DNA from: the human T2T-CHM13v2.0 reference genome, Homo sapiens
Strand: one strand, 5' to 3'
DNA: 64,000 bases
Assembly (NCBI RefSeq): GCF_009914755.1
Contig: NC_060934.1
Below the pieces are notes generated by a model, which ran no database searches, was not told the DNA's origin, and saw nothing but the letters and a program-made list of their open reading frames with translations. The position numbers and the translations under genes were made by a program. Positions 1-13,900 of this stretch are shown here, piece after piece. Each line of letters opens with the position of its first letter. The first letter of the stretch is position 1.

Positions 1-1060
<1,060 letters not shown>

Positions 1061-1109
1061 GTTTTCAGGGCTAAAGTTAATACATTTGTTTTGTATTAGG
1101 GTTTTAGTT

Positions 1110-1222
1110 AAATAAGTAAATTTTAGCTGATCTTGTCACCAAAAATGTAACTATGTGAGATAATATATATATTAATTGGCTTCACTATTGTAACTGCTTT
1201 ATTATTTATGTGTATCTTATAA
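1110..1222 (+). mobile_element. L1MA-type 3' end fragment
   Basis: GTAACTATGTGAGATAATATATATATTAATTGGCTT motif typical of L1MA 3'UTR. Confidence 0.6.
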
Positions 1223-1224
1223 TG

Positions 1225-3075
1225 TGTCTAAGTATGAATCTTTCAGACTTATACTTCTTGGAGTTTGTTGAGCTTCTTTAATTTGTAAATTCATGTCTTT
1301 CTTCAAATCTGGAAAGTTTTCAGCCATTATTTCTCCAAATAATCTCTCTGATATTCTCTCTCTTATTCTGTAGCTTCTATAATGCATAAGTTGAACCACT
1401 TAATGGTGTCCCACAAGATTCTTATATTCTGTTCACCTTTCTTCATTTTTTTATCCTGTTCCTCAGAATCAATATTTTCAATTGTCTTCTCTTCAAGTTT
1501 GCTAATTCTTTCTTCTATCTGCTCCAATCTGCTGGTGCATTTCTCTGGTAAATTTTTCATTTCAATCATTATATTTTTAAGCTTCAGATTTTCTGTTTGG
1601 TTCTTTTTAAAGTAATTTCTATCTTTTGGTAGATATTCTCATTTTGTACATATATCATTTTCCTGATTTTATTTAGTTTTTTGTTCATGTTTTCTCTTAG
1701 CTCTCTGGCCATATTTAAGACAGTTGTTTTATGGTCTTTGTCTAGTGCTTCTGATGTCTAGGCTTTCTTAGGAGCAGCTTCTGTCAATTAATCTTATTCC
1801 TTTGAATGATCCATGTGTTCCTGTTTCTTTTTATGCCTTGTGTTATTTTGTGTTGTTGGTGTTGAAAATTAGGTATTTGATTATTATAATGTGGTAACTC
1901 TAGAAATTGAAATCCCACCTTCCTAGGATTTGCTGGGGTCTTGTCTTCTTTCTTTGACTCGCTCCCTCCTTCCCCTCTCCTCCTTCCCTCTCAACTCCTT
2001 CCCTTGATCCTGTGCTCACCTGTGCATGCTCCCTCTCTCTCTCTTTCTCCCTCCCTCCCTCTCTTTCTTTCCTCCTTCTGGTTGTTGTTGTTGGAGGCTT
2101 GAAGGCTGTATTAGTACATTTGTTTTAAGACTTTTTCAAGCAATTTTCGCAAAGACTATGGCTTGTTATGTATGATTACTGAAGTTTTTATTCTTTAGCT
2201 TATGTTCAGGTAATGTTTTAACAGAGATTTTCTGAAATACTAGGAGCTAAAAAAAACAAACAAACAAACAAAGAGTACCCACCAAAAGAAACCAAAATGA
2301 GAGAACATCCACCTCTCCCAGTCTTTGCAGATTGGCTCTGTGCTAGAAGAACCCCTTTACGACTTACCTAGGCTTGCTTTGAGCCTAGAGTCCACCTCAA
2401 TGTGACAGCTTAAGATCTTCTCAGGATTTTTCCAAGCCTGGATCTTGCCTTGCCATGTCCATGAGTCCCTAAGTTCTCCTGTATGCATGACTACTTTTGA
2501 ATGTACTAATTCCCAAGAGTTTAACACCAGCTTCTCCTCCAGGCCTTAGATGATCTACCGTATGTCTCCACCTAGAATCTCTTGCCCCAGACATCTCTGG
2601 GTCTGTGATTGACATGTAGCTTTTAAAAGCAGTGCCTGCTGATTTTCCCATCTGTATTTTGAGTTATGTGGAACACAGACTAGCACCTTACATCACTCCT
2701 TGAGGTGTCCCTCAGACAGCTCAGAACAGAAATCCACAATAATTTCAAAATAAGGTTTTCTCCCTCCTATTCAAGGGTATAATTAGGAACTGGGCTGCTG
2801 TCTACTCAAGACCAAAACCACTATTGTGCTGGGAGATGTTGAGGGGATGTGGCAAGGATGAGTAAAAACTTCACACACTTTCTTTCCATTCTGAAGATAG
2901 CTTTCTTTTTGATTGGGCATTTGGTTGTTTGCTAAACCTTTGTTTTCCAGGACTCCTACAAAGTTGGTTAAGATAGCTTCTGAGATTTTGTTTTTGCTTT
3001 TGTTTATTATGATGCATCTGTGGGGAAATGAGAACTTGGAGCCTTCTCGCATGCCATTTTGCTGATGTCACTCTT
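1225..3075 (-). mobile_element. Old L1M ORF1 and 5' region
   Basis: ORFs 1217..1399 (LFGEIMAENFPDL) and 1363..1569 (LEQIEERISKLEE) match L1 ORF1p motifs; the extent toward 3075 is approximate. Confidence 0.8.
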
Positions 3076-3164
3076 GGCAACATGACTCTGGACACAGGTG
3101 CTGAGAACCTGAATCAGACAGGACAGCTGTCATGCAAATGGACAAAACTAAGTTTATTGCTGAA

Positions 3165-4215
3165 TTTAATAAATATTTATTAAGCACTTACTATATGCCG
3201 GGCATAGTTACTGGTGCTAGCATCTAAAGCAGCCTGGAGAAAAAGAGATGGGATGTTTGTATTCATTTATTAGTTCATATAATAAATATCTATTGAGCTC
3301 CATCTACAAACCAGGCACTGGCAATACAGGAGAAATAATGTAAGCACCATGCTGCCACAAAGTAAATTTAGGTTAGGTAGTGATCAGTTCCTGCTAAACC
3401 ATTAAAGAGTAGAAATCAGATATGTTACTGCCAAGCTACTTAGAGGAGAGAAAATGGAAGGAAACTTGTATAAAGAAATACAGATAATGGGAGCAGGGAG
3501 GGAAGGAGAGGAAGAGGAGTTGGAGAAATAGCACTGTAGTGAGAGGATATAGGTGACTAGATTATGATGCCGTGGGACGAGGGAAATGATGGGGAAGTAT
3601 GGGGGCTACAGGAATCAAGGGCTAAGAGTAAGGAGGGCTTCTCAGCATTGGTGGCAAGTGATAACTAGGCAGATGAAGATGAATGGGAGGTAATCAGGGG
3701 AAGTATAAATGTGTTGCAGGCAGAAGAAAAATATGTGCAAAGGCATAGAGTCAAGAGAGGGTACAGCATATTTAAGTAACTAAAACAAGCCCCCTTGGTC
3801 CAGCTATTTAAGGTTGTGAGTAGTAAGAGCCAGGAATTGTGAGTAGAACCAAGGTTTAAGCCATATAAAGCAGTTAGAAGTGATCATAAGAGCAATGTAG
3901 AGCCCTGAGGGGTTAATAAACGAAGTACCATGAAAGGACAGGGATTTTAGAAAGATTTGTTTGGCTGCCTTGTAGATAATAAACTCAAGGTTAGTTAGGA
4001 GCTGTGACAGTAATGGAGACAATAGAAGGTGGTGATGTCAACTTGGATAGTGACCATGAGAATAGGGAAAAAAACCGAATGGAATAATTAAGAGACTGAA
4101 TACATATTATGGAGCTTGATTGGACTGGATCGAGGGTTGGAAAAAGGAAGGAGACAAAAATGATCCCTAGGTTTCTAGCTTGAGCAACTGGTAGACTGAG
4201 GTGCTATTTACTGAA
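3165..4215. mobile_element. L2 fragments
   Basis: AAATATTTATTAAGCACTTACTATATGCC and GGTTTCTAGCTTGAGCAACTGG-type L2 motifs. Confidence 0.65.
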
Positions 4216-4227
4216 ATCATCTTAGGA

Positions 4228-4627
4228 GCTGCAAGTGCTCTGCCCAGATCACTTTACAGGCCAGTATACCCATTTGCCAACTACCAGAGCATTGCCCTCA
4301 GCCAAATAGGAGCCAGGAGCTGCTTTGCACAGGAGGTTACACTGCCCCACCCCCACTCCCCAAGCTGCAGCTGATGACCAACTGCCAGGAGGGTGCAGAG
4401 GGCTGGCTCCTTTGCTGCAAGGGGAGACTGATTCTGTGATGCTCCAGAGCTCCCTGAGGGGTCAAGCTGTATCTGGACTCCAGCTGAGATCACCTCTCTG
4501 CTTAAGTTACTTGCTTGGCCCATCCTGCTCCTTTCACTCTCTTTCTCCTAAGTGCACTCCCTCAGTAAATCACAGGCACCCCAATCCCTGCCTCAGATTC
4601 TGCTTTTAGGAAACCCACCCTAAGGCA
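4228..4627 (+). mobile_element. LTR16-family ERVL LTR
   Basis: Ends AGTAAA...CTCAGATTCTGCTTTTAGGAAACCCACCCTAAGGCA, followed by PBS-like GTTGGTTCCAAGA. Confidence 0.7.
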
Positions 4628-4817
4628 GTTGGTTCCAAGAATATTCTTCAGAGTAAATTCTAAAGGTTGATACTCCAGAGTTGATTGCTTGCCAGCTAGC
4701 TGCCAATGTGAACCCCACTATTGGTGGTAGAGTGGAATGTTGAAAGGCCTCAGCCTGATCTAGCAATGCGACTGCTAAGACTTCCACCTGTGGTGAGCTG
4801 AAAGGAGTTACAGGTTA

Positions 4818-5087
4818 AGCTGGGTGCAATGTCTCATGCCTGTAATCCCAGCTACTTGAGAGGCTAAGGCAGGAAGACTGATTGAGACCAGGAGTTCAAG
4901 ACCAGCCTGGGTAATATAGTTGGACTCTGTCTCTAAATTTTTTTTTTCAATTAGCCAGGCTTGAATGCTTGCACCTGTAGTCCTGGGAAGCTGAGGCAGA
5001 ATGATAGCTTGAACCCAGAAGTTTGAGGTTGTGGTGAGCTATGATTGCAGCACTGTGCCTAGCCTTGGTGAGAGTAAGACCCTGTCT
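4818..5087 (+). mobile_element. AluJ-like
   Basis: Diverged Alu dimer. Confidence 0.9.
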
Positions 5088-5217
5088 GGAAGGGAAGGAA
5101 GGGGAGGGGAGGGGAGGGGAGGGGAGGGGAAGGGAGGGGAAGGGGAGGGGAGGGAAGGGAAGGGAAGGGAAGGGAGAAAGGAAAGACAGAGGAAGAGAGA
5201 GAGAAAGGAAGGAAGGT
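5088..5217 (+). repeat. (GGGGA/GGGAA/GGAA)n purine-rich simple repeat at the Alu tail position
   Basis: Read directly from the sequence. Confidence 0.95.
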
Positions 5218-6704
5218 AGGTGATATAGGGCAAATTGTAATTATAAGAACTGCAGGAGTGATGACTATTGCTGAATACCACTGATGCATTAAAGAGAGAA
5301 AATGACAGGCTCTGGGCAATCAGTTACCAATTCGAAGCAAAGTGTAAGAAGATGCATTTGAGAACCTTCAAGTTCCCGACTGTCTCTGCACTTTTTGGGT
5401 TTGCAGAAGTGGTTCACTCCACCACGTTAGAAGAAGCCTCAAACAGTGAAAATGCCCTACAGATCAATGCTTGCTCTCTTAGGATCTTCTCCCTCCATTT
5501 TTTTCCTGGCCGCCAGGTCAATAACTAGAATTCAGTCCATGACTAGAATTCAGTCCATGATCGCCCATGTGGCAAATGCTTGGCCTACTAAAGGAGGAGA
5601 ATTATGTACCAAAGGAGCTGCAGGATTCAACTGATATGTGCTAGCAGGAACTGGAGAAGTATGCCTGGGGTGCATCTTAAGGTGCTGATCAAGGGGGAAA
5701 GAATCTGAAAATAGACAAGTTTGTTGATACGGGAGTACTCTTCTGTGACATGGATTTAACATCACGGCAAGGGCCTAGGGGAGACCCACAAAAGAGGGAA
5801 GTCCCAATATGCTACTGAGATGGCTCTTAGAAGCTGAGAGAAAACAATGCCAGAATCATCATGCCTGATTATGGAAGAAGGGATCAAAGGCCACAGAAGT
5901 GAATGTGCTGGAACAAATTTGCTGAGTAAGACTAGAAAACTCAAGACCTGACTTTATTTTTCTGAAGAGAACCTAGAGGACAAATATCTGTGAAGGTGCT
6001 CAGGAGAGTGCTGGTAAGAGGAGCACCAACAAAAAAATTTAGTAAGTAGTGACTTTCTCTGAAGGCTGGGGCTGATGGTAGGGGATGTGGTTACAGACTA
6101 GGCTTTTTTAGTAGTAATGAGCACAATACTGCATCCTGGGATAACAGTGGGGGATGGCAGCACTTAATTGTCAAAAATGATATAGGCACAATTATTGTAA
6201 TAGGGAACAAATTTAGGATGGCAGCCAGGGGTCTTGACCTACAGTGAGCCATGGGGATGATTAATAGGACATGGAGTTCCAGAGGCAAGAGAGATGGGCA
6301 TCCAATAAAGGTACTGCCTAATATATATAAACAAAAGAGATCAAGAATAGGTTAGCAGAAAACTATCAGTAGCCCCAATGGATAATAAGAATTTCTTGTC
6401 CAGTATCCAGACCTAAGCCAGTTCTCAGACCCATATCCATCAACTAAAGAAAAGGGTGAGTCAGTAGTGATGCCTCAGTCCTTCTCCAAAGGGACCTATG
6501 GCCATTTGCCCAGGTAACCATACAGTGTGGACAGGAGAATACCCAGATATTTTTAGGGCTGTTAGATACAGAGCATGAATTAATGCACACACCCCGGGAT
6601 CCTGTTACAGTAGTGTTATGTAAAGATCTAGTAATAAAGGGACTCTTGGCCCTTATCCAACTCAAAGTGGGTCCACCTGTGGTGGTTTCTGTCTCTCAGT
6701 AATT

Positions 6705-7092
6705 TCTGTCTAAGTCTGAAGGCCTGAGAACCAAGACAGTAGATGGCGTGAGTTCCAGTCCAAAAACCATAGGCTCAACACCCAAGAAGAGCTGAGGTTT
6801 CCATTCAAGCCCAAAGGCAGAAAAAGACTAATGCCCCAGCTCAAGCAGTCACACAGGAGGAGTTCCTGCCTACTTGCAGGAGGTTCAGCTCTTCTGTTTA
6901 TTTAGGCCTTAAACAAATTGGAGCAGGGCCACCCACATTAGGGAGGGCACTCTGCTTTGCTCAGTTTACTATTTCAAATGTTAATCTCATCCAGAAACAC
7001 CCTCACAGACACACCCAGAGTAATGTTTGACCAAACGTCTTGGTACCCCATGTCCCGGTCAAGGAGCTAACACATAAAATCAACCATTGCAG
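6705..7092 (-). mobile_element. MLT2-family LTR fragment
   Basis: CCCACCCACATTAGGGAGGGCA...AAACACCCTCACAGACACACCCAG motifs; homologous to 46164-46686. Confidence 0.8.
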
Positions 7093-8108
7093 TCACCCAG
7101 CTGCTAAGTGGCAGATCCAGGATCTGAATTTCACAGTCAGATGGATATGAAGACCTTAAGATAAGGTCTTCAGAAATATCTGGGCTAGAGAGAGAGAGAC
7201 ATTTGGGAGTCATCAACACATTGGTGGTAACTGATGCCATGGGAGTAAATGAGATAACAAAAGAGAAGATGTAGTTTGAAAAGAGAAGATGTCATAGAAC
7301 AAAAACCCAAAGATTATCAGCATTCAAGTGATGGGCTGAAAAAAAGACCCAGGGCAGAACAGCCAGAGTAGAAGGAAATCTAGGAGAGAAACTAAGAGAA
7401 CAAGGGTTGTTCTGAGGAAGAGGGGTTTGTCTGCAGGGTTCAATAGGACTCACATGTGGGGAGGGCTACAAAGTGTGCTTGGTATAAACGACTTTGGTGA
7501 GGCCATTCCAGTGGTTGGGGTGGAAGTGACATTGCAGTGACTGAGGAACCAGAGACAGGAGAGTAAGTCAAGCTTGGAAGGGTCTATGAGTTTCAAATTG
7601 GGTTTGTGAAGGGGAGTCAAGAGAGGGCTGAGAGCTGAAGGGAGACATTAGGGGAGGCTTATCAGTTAGCTTTTCAGGTGGAGAGACTTCAGCATCTTGA
7701 ATTACCAGCCTGTCATTCCATGGAGAGAATCTCCAGGAAATGAGATAAGCCCACTCCCTCCTCAGGCTGATTATTTTGGCTCTCCAGGCGTCATTTGTAT
7801 GACAGCCTACTTCACCATACTGTTGAGAGTAAGGCAGAAATGTACGTGGAGGCACCCTGTTGATAATCACCATTACTTCCAAAAGGAAAGGCAAAGGAGA
7901 TGGCTGAATTAAAGATGACTCCAAGTTTTCAAAACGGAGCATCTGGGAAGCAGCAGTGTGGAAATCCTGGCAGGACGGGCTGAGAGAAGGAAGGACAACA
8001 AGGCTAGTTCACGCAGGCTGATGCTGGGGTCGCGGTAGGGCATCAAAAGTGGAAACACTGAGCAGATACATAGAGATGGGCACAGAATGTGGGAGAGAAG
8101 CCAGGATG

Positions 8109-8489
<381 letters not shown>

Positions 8490-8604
8490 TCAATATGGGG
8501 TTGTGTCATCTTTTGCAAAGTCATTCAAGAACACCTAGAACCTCCATGCATTTAGCAATTCCCTTGTGCCAAGCCTTTTACCTACAGTATCTTCAAACTT
8601 CATT

Positions 8605-9006
8605 GAACGTTTGGATGTTTGTCCCTTCCAAATCTCACACTGAAAGCTTATCCCCAGTGCTGGAGGTGGGGCCCAGTGGGGGGTGATTGGATCATTGGGG
8701 TGGACTCCTCATGAATGGCTTAGCACTATCCTCTTGGTGATGAGGGAGTTCTTATGAGATCTGGTTATTTCAAAGGGTGTAACACCTCCCCCCACCTCTT
8801 GCTTCCTCTCTCGTCATGTGACATTTCTGCTCCCCATTTGCCTTCCACCATGATTGTAAACTTCCCAAGGCCCTCTCCAGAAGCAGATGCCAGCACCACA
8901 CTTCTTGTACTGTCTGCAGAACTGTGAGTCAATTAAACCTCTTTCCTTTATAATCTACTCAGGCTCAAGGTTTTCTTTATAGCAGTACAAAAAACAGCCT
9001 AACACA
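8605..9006 (+). mobile_element. MST-family MaLR solo LTR
   Basis: GTTTGGATGTTTGTCCC start; CTGCAGAACTGTGAGTCAATTAAACCTCTTT near the end. Confidence 0.85.
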
Positions 9007-9979
9007 CTTACGATCATCAGCATTTCACAGTTGAAAACACTGAGGCTCAGAGAGGTCCCCAGCTAATAAATGTTGCATCCCAGGAGCAAATACAGTTACT
9101 CTGGCTCCAAAGCCTGCATTCTTTCCACTACTTCATGCTGCTCTGAAGGATGGAATCTTAGGGTAGAACTATGTTTAGGAGATGAAAGGCAAAAGCTCCT
9201 TGGACAGAAGAACCATCAGAGGGTGTAATGTTATGGAGGCCAAGAGAAGAAAGAGTTTCAAGATGGTGGAACCGGAAACAGTGCCAGATGCCGCCAAGAG
9301 AACAGGGAAAATGAGAACTGGGAAGAGACTGCTAGATTTGGGGAGCAGATGATTATTAGCAGCTGTGGACCGTTGAAGGGGGCTGTGTTGGTGAAAATAA
9401 AGGTGTCTGCGTAGAAGCACGACCTCACCTTCTCATGTCCCCAGAATGGTACTCCTGTAGAGAAACTCCTACAGGGTCAACTCAGCCAGTGTCTGACAGT
9501 CACTGCATGTGGCTGATTGGGGAGTAAAATTCACAGCCTTCAGGCTCAAGCAGCTAACAACTTAACTGGGGACACTAGCTTTCGAATATGAAGACAACCA
9601 GAGAACACACATGGTAAAGGGAATGTGTGCCCCGACATTCCTCCCACTGCCTCAACTTCTGCCAACTTCTAGATGGGTGGGAACTGAGCTCCTGAGAGCA
9701 AGCTGGGCCAGCCATCTGTGCAGCATCTGTGCGTGACAGCGGCAGAGGCCATGGTGGCACACTGATCTCTCAGAGATCACGTGCAGCTGGAGAACTCTAA
9801 GTGGCTTCAGCAGTTAGGGGATAGGCAGGAAAAAAGTGAACCCCTAATGGACTCTGAGCAGAAATGGCCAGAGGGGAAGACAGAAAGCCAAGACTGTAGG
9901 AAGGGAAGAAGTTAGTAGCTGATTGAGCCCAAATGAGGTTCTTCTTTGTTCTCTTCTCCCACTCAACTACTCTTCTCTA

Positions 9980-10503
<524 letters not shown>

Positions 10504-10986
10504 TAAAATGGCCAGGCCAGCGAGTGTCATCCATGTGAGGGAACTAAGTCACCAGCCTCTTCCTTCCCACTCTGCTTCTGCCTTCATCCTGCATCCTCTC
10601 ACCTCCTGCTTCTCAGAAGACACACAGAATTTCTCTGCTGGACCAACCTCAGGCTTGGGTGCCCCCTGCCAAAAACACCTTTAGCTGCCACAGTGCCTGA
10701 AATGCCAGCACTGTCATCAATTCCTTTGGTTTCTGTCTTAAAATATTAATATGCCTGGAAAAATAAAAAATCTTGTTTCTAACATTCTAAATAATTGTTG
10801 AGAAGACCAACTACCTCTTTGCTGTGCCTTGGGAACCTTGGCCAGCTGGGGTTGGCATCAAGAGATGGTTTAGGGAATAGGGGGAGAAGGTGGAGAGACT
10901 GATGCAAAACTTAACCCATTATGCAATTTTGTCCTGGAGTAACCTCACCCTTGGCTTGGCTTTGGGGAAAGGAGTAGTAATTCCTC

Positions 10987-11296
10987 TGTGGCTGAAGCTG
11001 TAGGTGTTCCAGCTGTGTCCCCTTGGCTTCCCTTAGCATTTACCTGCAGACATTTTTCAAATAACAGTGGGGACAGTCAGAAGACCAGGAGTGGTGATGC
11101 CCCGCAGAAACTAATGCAGGACAATCCTGAGGAGTGTTCTCATGGTCTCTCAGAGTGCTCCAGCAATAACCCATTCAATAATGTACCTTTTATTGCTCAC
11201 TGCTCAGAGCGCTTTCTGTATCACCTCTGAAAAATACGACTCATGCCCAGATTCTTGTTTCACATTTTGTTTCAAGGGGAATCCAAACTCAAACAC
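10987..11296 (+). mobile_element. ERVL LTR remnant (LTR16/LTR33-like)
   Basis: TGTGGCTG start; TTTTGTTTCAAGGGGAATCCAAACTCAAACA end resembles LTR16/33 termini. Confidence 0.5.
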
Positions 11297-11563
11297 CATA
11301 TATAAGGGACCTTTCCCTTTGATTCCTACTACTCATAGGGGAGAAAATAAAACCCACTGGCTCCTAAAAAATCCACTGACCCAGATTACAGGAATGTGCA
11401 TTGAAAGTTTAAATGCATATACCCTTAGACCCAGAATCCTAGAAGTTTACCTAAGAAAATTAGCACACTGGTTGTGCAAAACTGTCTAAGGATGCATATC
11501 ATCACATAGAAGGGTAATATTGGGAAGCCACTTAATGTCCAGCAATACCAAATAGGTTAATCA

Positions 11564-11893
<330 letters not shown>

Positions 11894-12539
11894 AGAAATG
11901 ATGATACAGATTTTTAGACAGCTTTGCATGTCTGTGGTGCTTATATAAATACACCTACATACATATAGCTACATGTGCACATGAAGAATCTGGAAGAATG
12001 ACAACGAAATGTTAACAATAGTTATGTCTGGGAAGAAGGATTGGGGGTTGTGGATCACTTTCCTTTTCTTCTTTACACCTTTCTGAATTGGAATATATAC
12101 ATATATAACTTGGGACTTTAAAATTTTTGAAACTTGAAAAAAAATTGTAATTAGAAATCAATGGCCTCGGCGCCAGAGAACTGAATTTCATAGCTCAAAC
12201 TCGTTCTCCCAACAGGAGCTATTGGTCTCACCACCAAGGGGAGGTTGGAACAGACCCACAGAAGGGAACTGTCCCACTTAGCCAGGCAGTGGCTGTTCTA
12301 AGCAAGTCAGCAAACACATCTGCCAACTGGCAGCCATGGGAGAGCATGTCATGTCACGTGTCCAGCATGTGTGGCCCCATCTGACTCAGAGGCAACACGC
12401 ACAGCTCTGGCGCCATAATCAGGGTCGCGGGTTGGGATCAGCTGTGCCTCCCCATCCCCACCCCCTACAGACCACCTCCCCTTACCCTGCCTGCCTGGAG
12501 CCCCAGCTGGCTCTTGGAAGGTCCCTTTCCAATTTGCTC

Positions 12540-13900
12540 CACATTCGGGAGTTTCTTATTCCCACGGGAAGAACTCGTTGCCATGGCGATGTGCGCCTCC
12601 CAACCCTGAAGCCCGCCCTGGAAGCGAAATCCTTGCCTGGGCTCCCAGGCTGAGCCGGAGGACCCCGGGGGTTCACCTAGCCCTCTGGGATAAGGGGCTT
12701 TAGTCTCTATATTCTTTGGGCTTGGGGGTTGGGGACAGTGGGAGGATTAATTATGGAGGCAAGGTCAGAGGAAAAGGGAAAAATGGGAAAGATTTTATTT
12801 AAAGCCCCTGGTCATTCTTGCCTTTCCGCCCGCCCACCACGACCCCTCAAGCCAGATGCCGTCTCTAGTTCGGGAGCGTTGGATGAGGATGCCAGGCACT
12901 CTGCTTTTCCTAAACAACTTCCAAGAACCCCGGAACATTTCTTAAAGTGTCTGGAACGAAGCTTTAACCTCGCCTGCTCCATCAGCCTGGGACGGAAAAG
13001 ACGCGAGGGGCGAAGAAGAGGTGGGGCACGGGGAGCCCGGGCCGTTCGGCGTAAGTGATCCAGGCTTCCAGCGCCCCGGGCGCACCCCGCGGAAAGGCGT
13101 CTGGGAGTCGGGGACGTGCGGGGGGAGACCACCCGGCCAACCCCGGGGGATGAGCTGCAAGGCTGGCCACGCCCGGCAGGAGACTGCGCGCAGAGACCCG
13201 CCCGGGGAAGCAGGGGAGGAGGGAGGGCGGCCATGTACAACCCCTGGCAGGTGGGAGCCTCCCTGGCGCCAGCTCGGGCAGGGCCACGCCCCTTCCCAAC
13301 TCCCCGCGCTCGGCCTCCGGACTGCTCAGGGGGCCACGCCCCTTCCGGATTCCCCGCGCTAGGCCTCCGGACCGCTCAGCGGCCCCGCCCCTTCTCGAGT
13401 TCTCCGCGCTCGGCCTCCGGACGGCTCAGGGGGCCACGCCCCGTCGCCCGGGGCCCCGCCCACTCCTCAAGCCCCACGGGACTCCCAGCCTACCTCCCTC
13501 CCGCTGCCGCACTGGACTCCCAGACCTCGGCACCAACCGTATCTCCTGTTACTCGCCCCAGGGTGGTTGCCCGGGGAAAAACTCCAAGGGTTTCACTGGC
13601 TGGCCTGGAAACCCTTTCATCTTTGCTCCATCAGCAGCAGCTCTTTGATTGAGTTCTCCTGGCTTTAGAGCCTCCCACTATGGTCATGCTGCAAATTCCC
13701 GTGGCCAGCACCCGAGGCCTGCTGGCTCCGATCTGGGCCACGTGTACAACCAGGTGTGCCCCCTTAGCCTCACGCCCTCCTCCTGTTGCCTCCCCATCCC
13801 TCTAGCCTTCGGGACTTGGGGTTGCAATGAATCTTAGGTTTTTTCCAGGAGTCTTTTATTCCTCCAGCGTCTCCGTGCGCCTGTCCGCTCCAACACCTGA
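12540..13900. promoter_or_regulatory. CpG island / candidate promoter
   Basis: Abrupt GC- and CpG-rich unique sequence (core ~12990-13580); multiple GC boxes; RFX-like GTTGCCATGGCGAT at 12577-12590; EBF-like TCCCACGGGA at 12560-12569; donor-like GGC|GTAAGT (13051) and CAG|GTGGGA (13251). Confidence 0.85.
13281..13443 (+). repeat. ~50-bp GC-rich minisatellite, ~3.3 copies
   Basis: Units start at 13281, 13331, 13380 and 13431: GGGCCACGCCCCTTCC....TCCCCGCGCTCGGCCTCCGGAC.GCTCAG. Confidence 0.95.

Larger units (their letters stand above)
4628..6680 (+). mobile_element. Degenerate ERVL-class internal (gag-like) sequence
   Basis: Directly follows the LTR and PBS; decayed gag-like frame (5268..5528 ALKRENDRLWAIS); interrupted by an Alu and a GA-rich repeat. 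Confidence 0.6.

Noticed and set aside
7148-7172. 11-bp-arm hairpin TGAAGACCTTA-AGA-TAAGGTCTTCA
   Set aside because: Short and located at a MIR/L2 junction; no evidence of function
13281-13443. CRISPR-like appearance of the 50-bp repeat
   Set aside because: Contiguous tandem units without unique spacers, in primate DNA with no cas genes; it is a minisatellite
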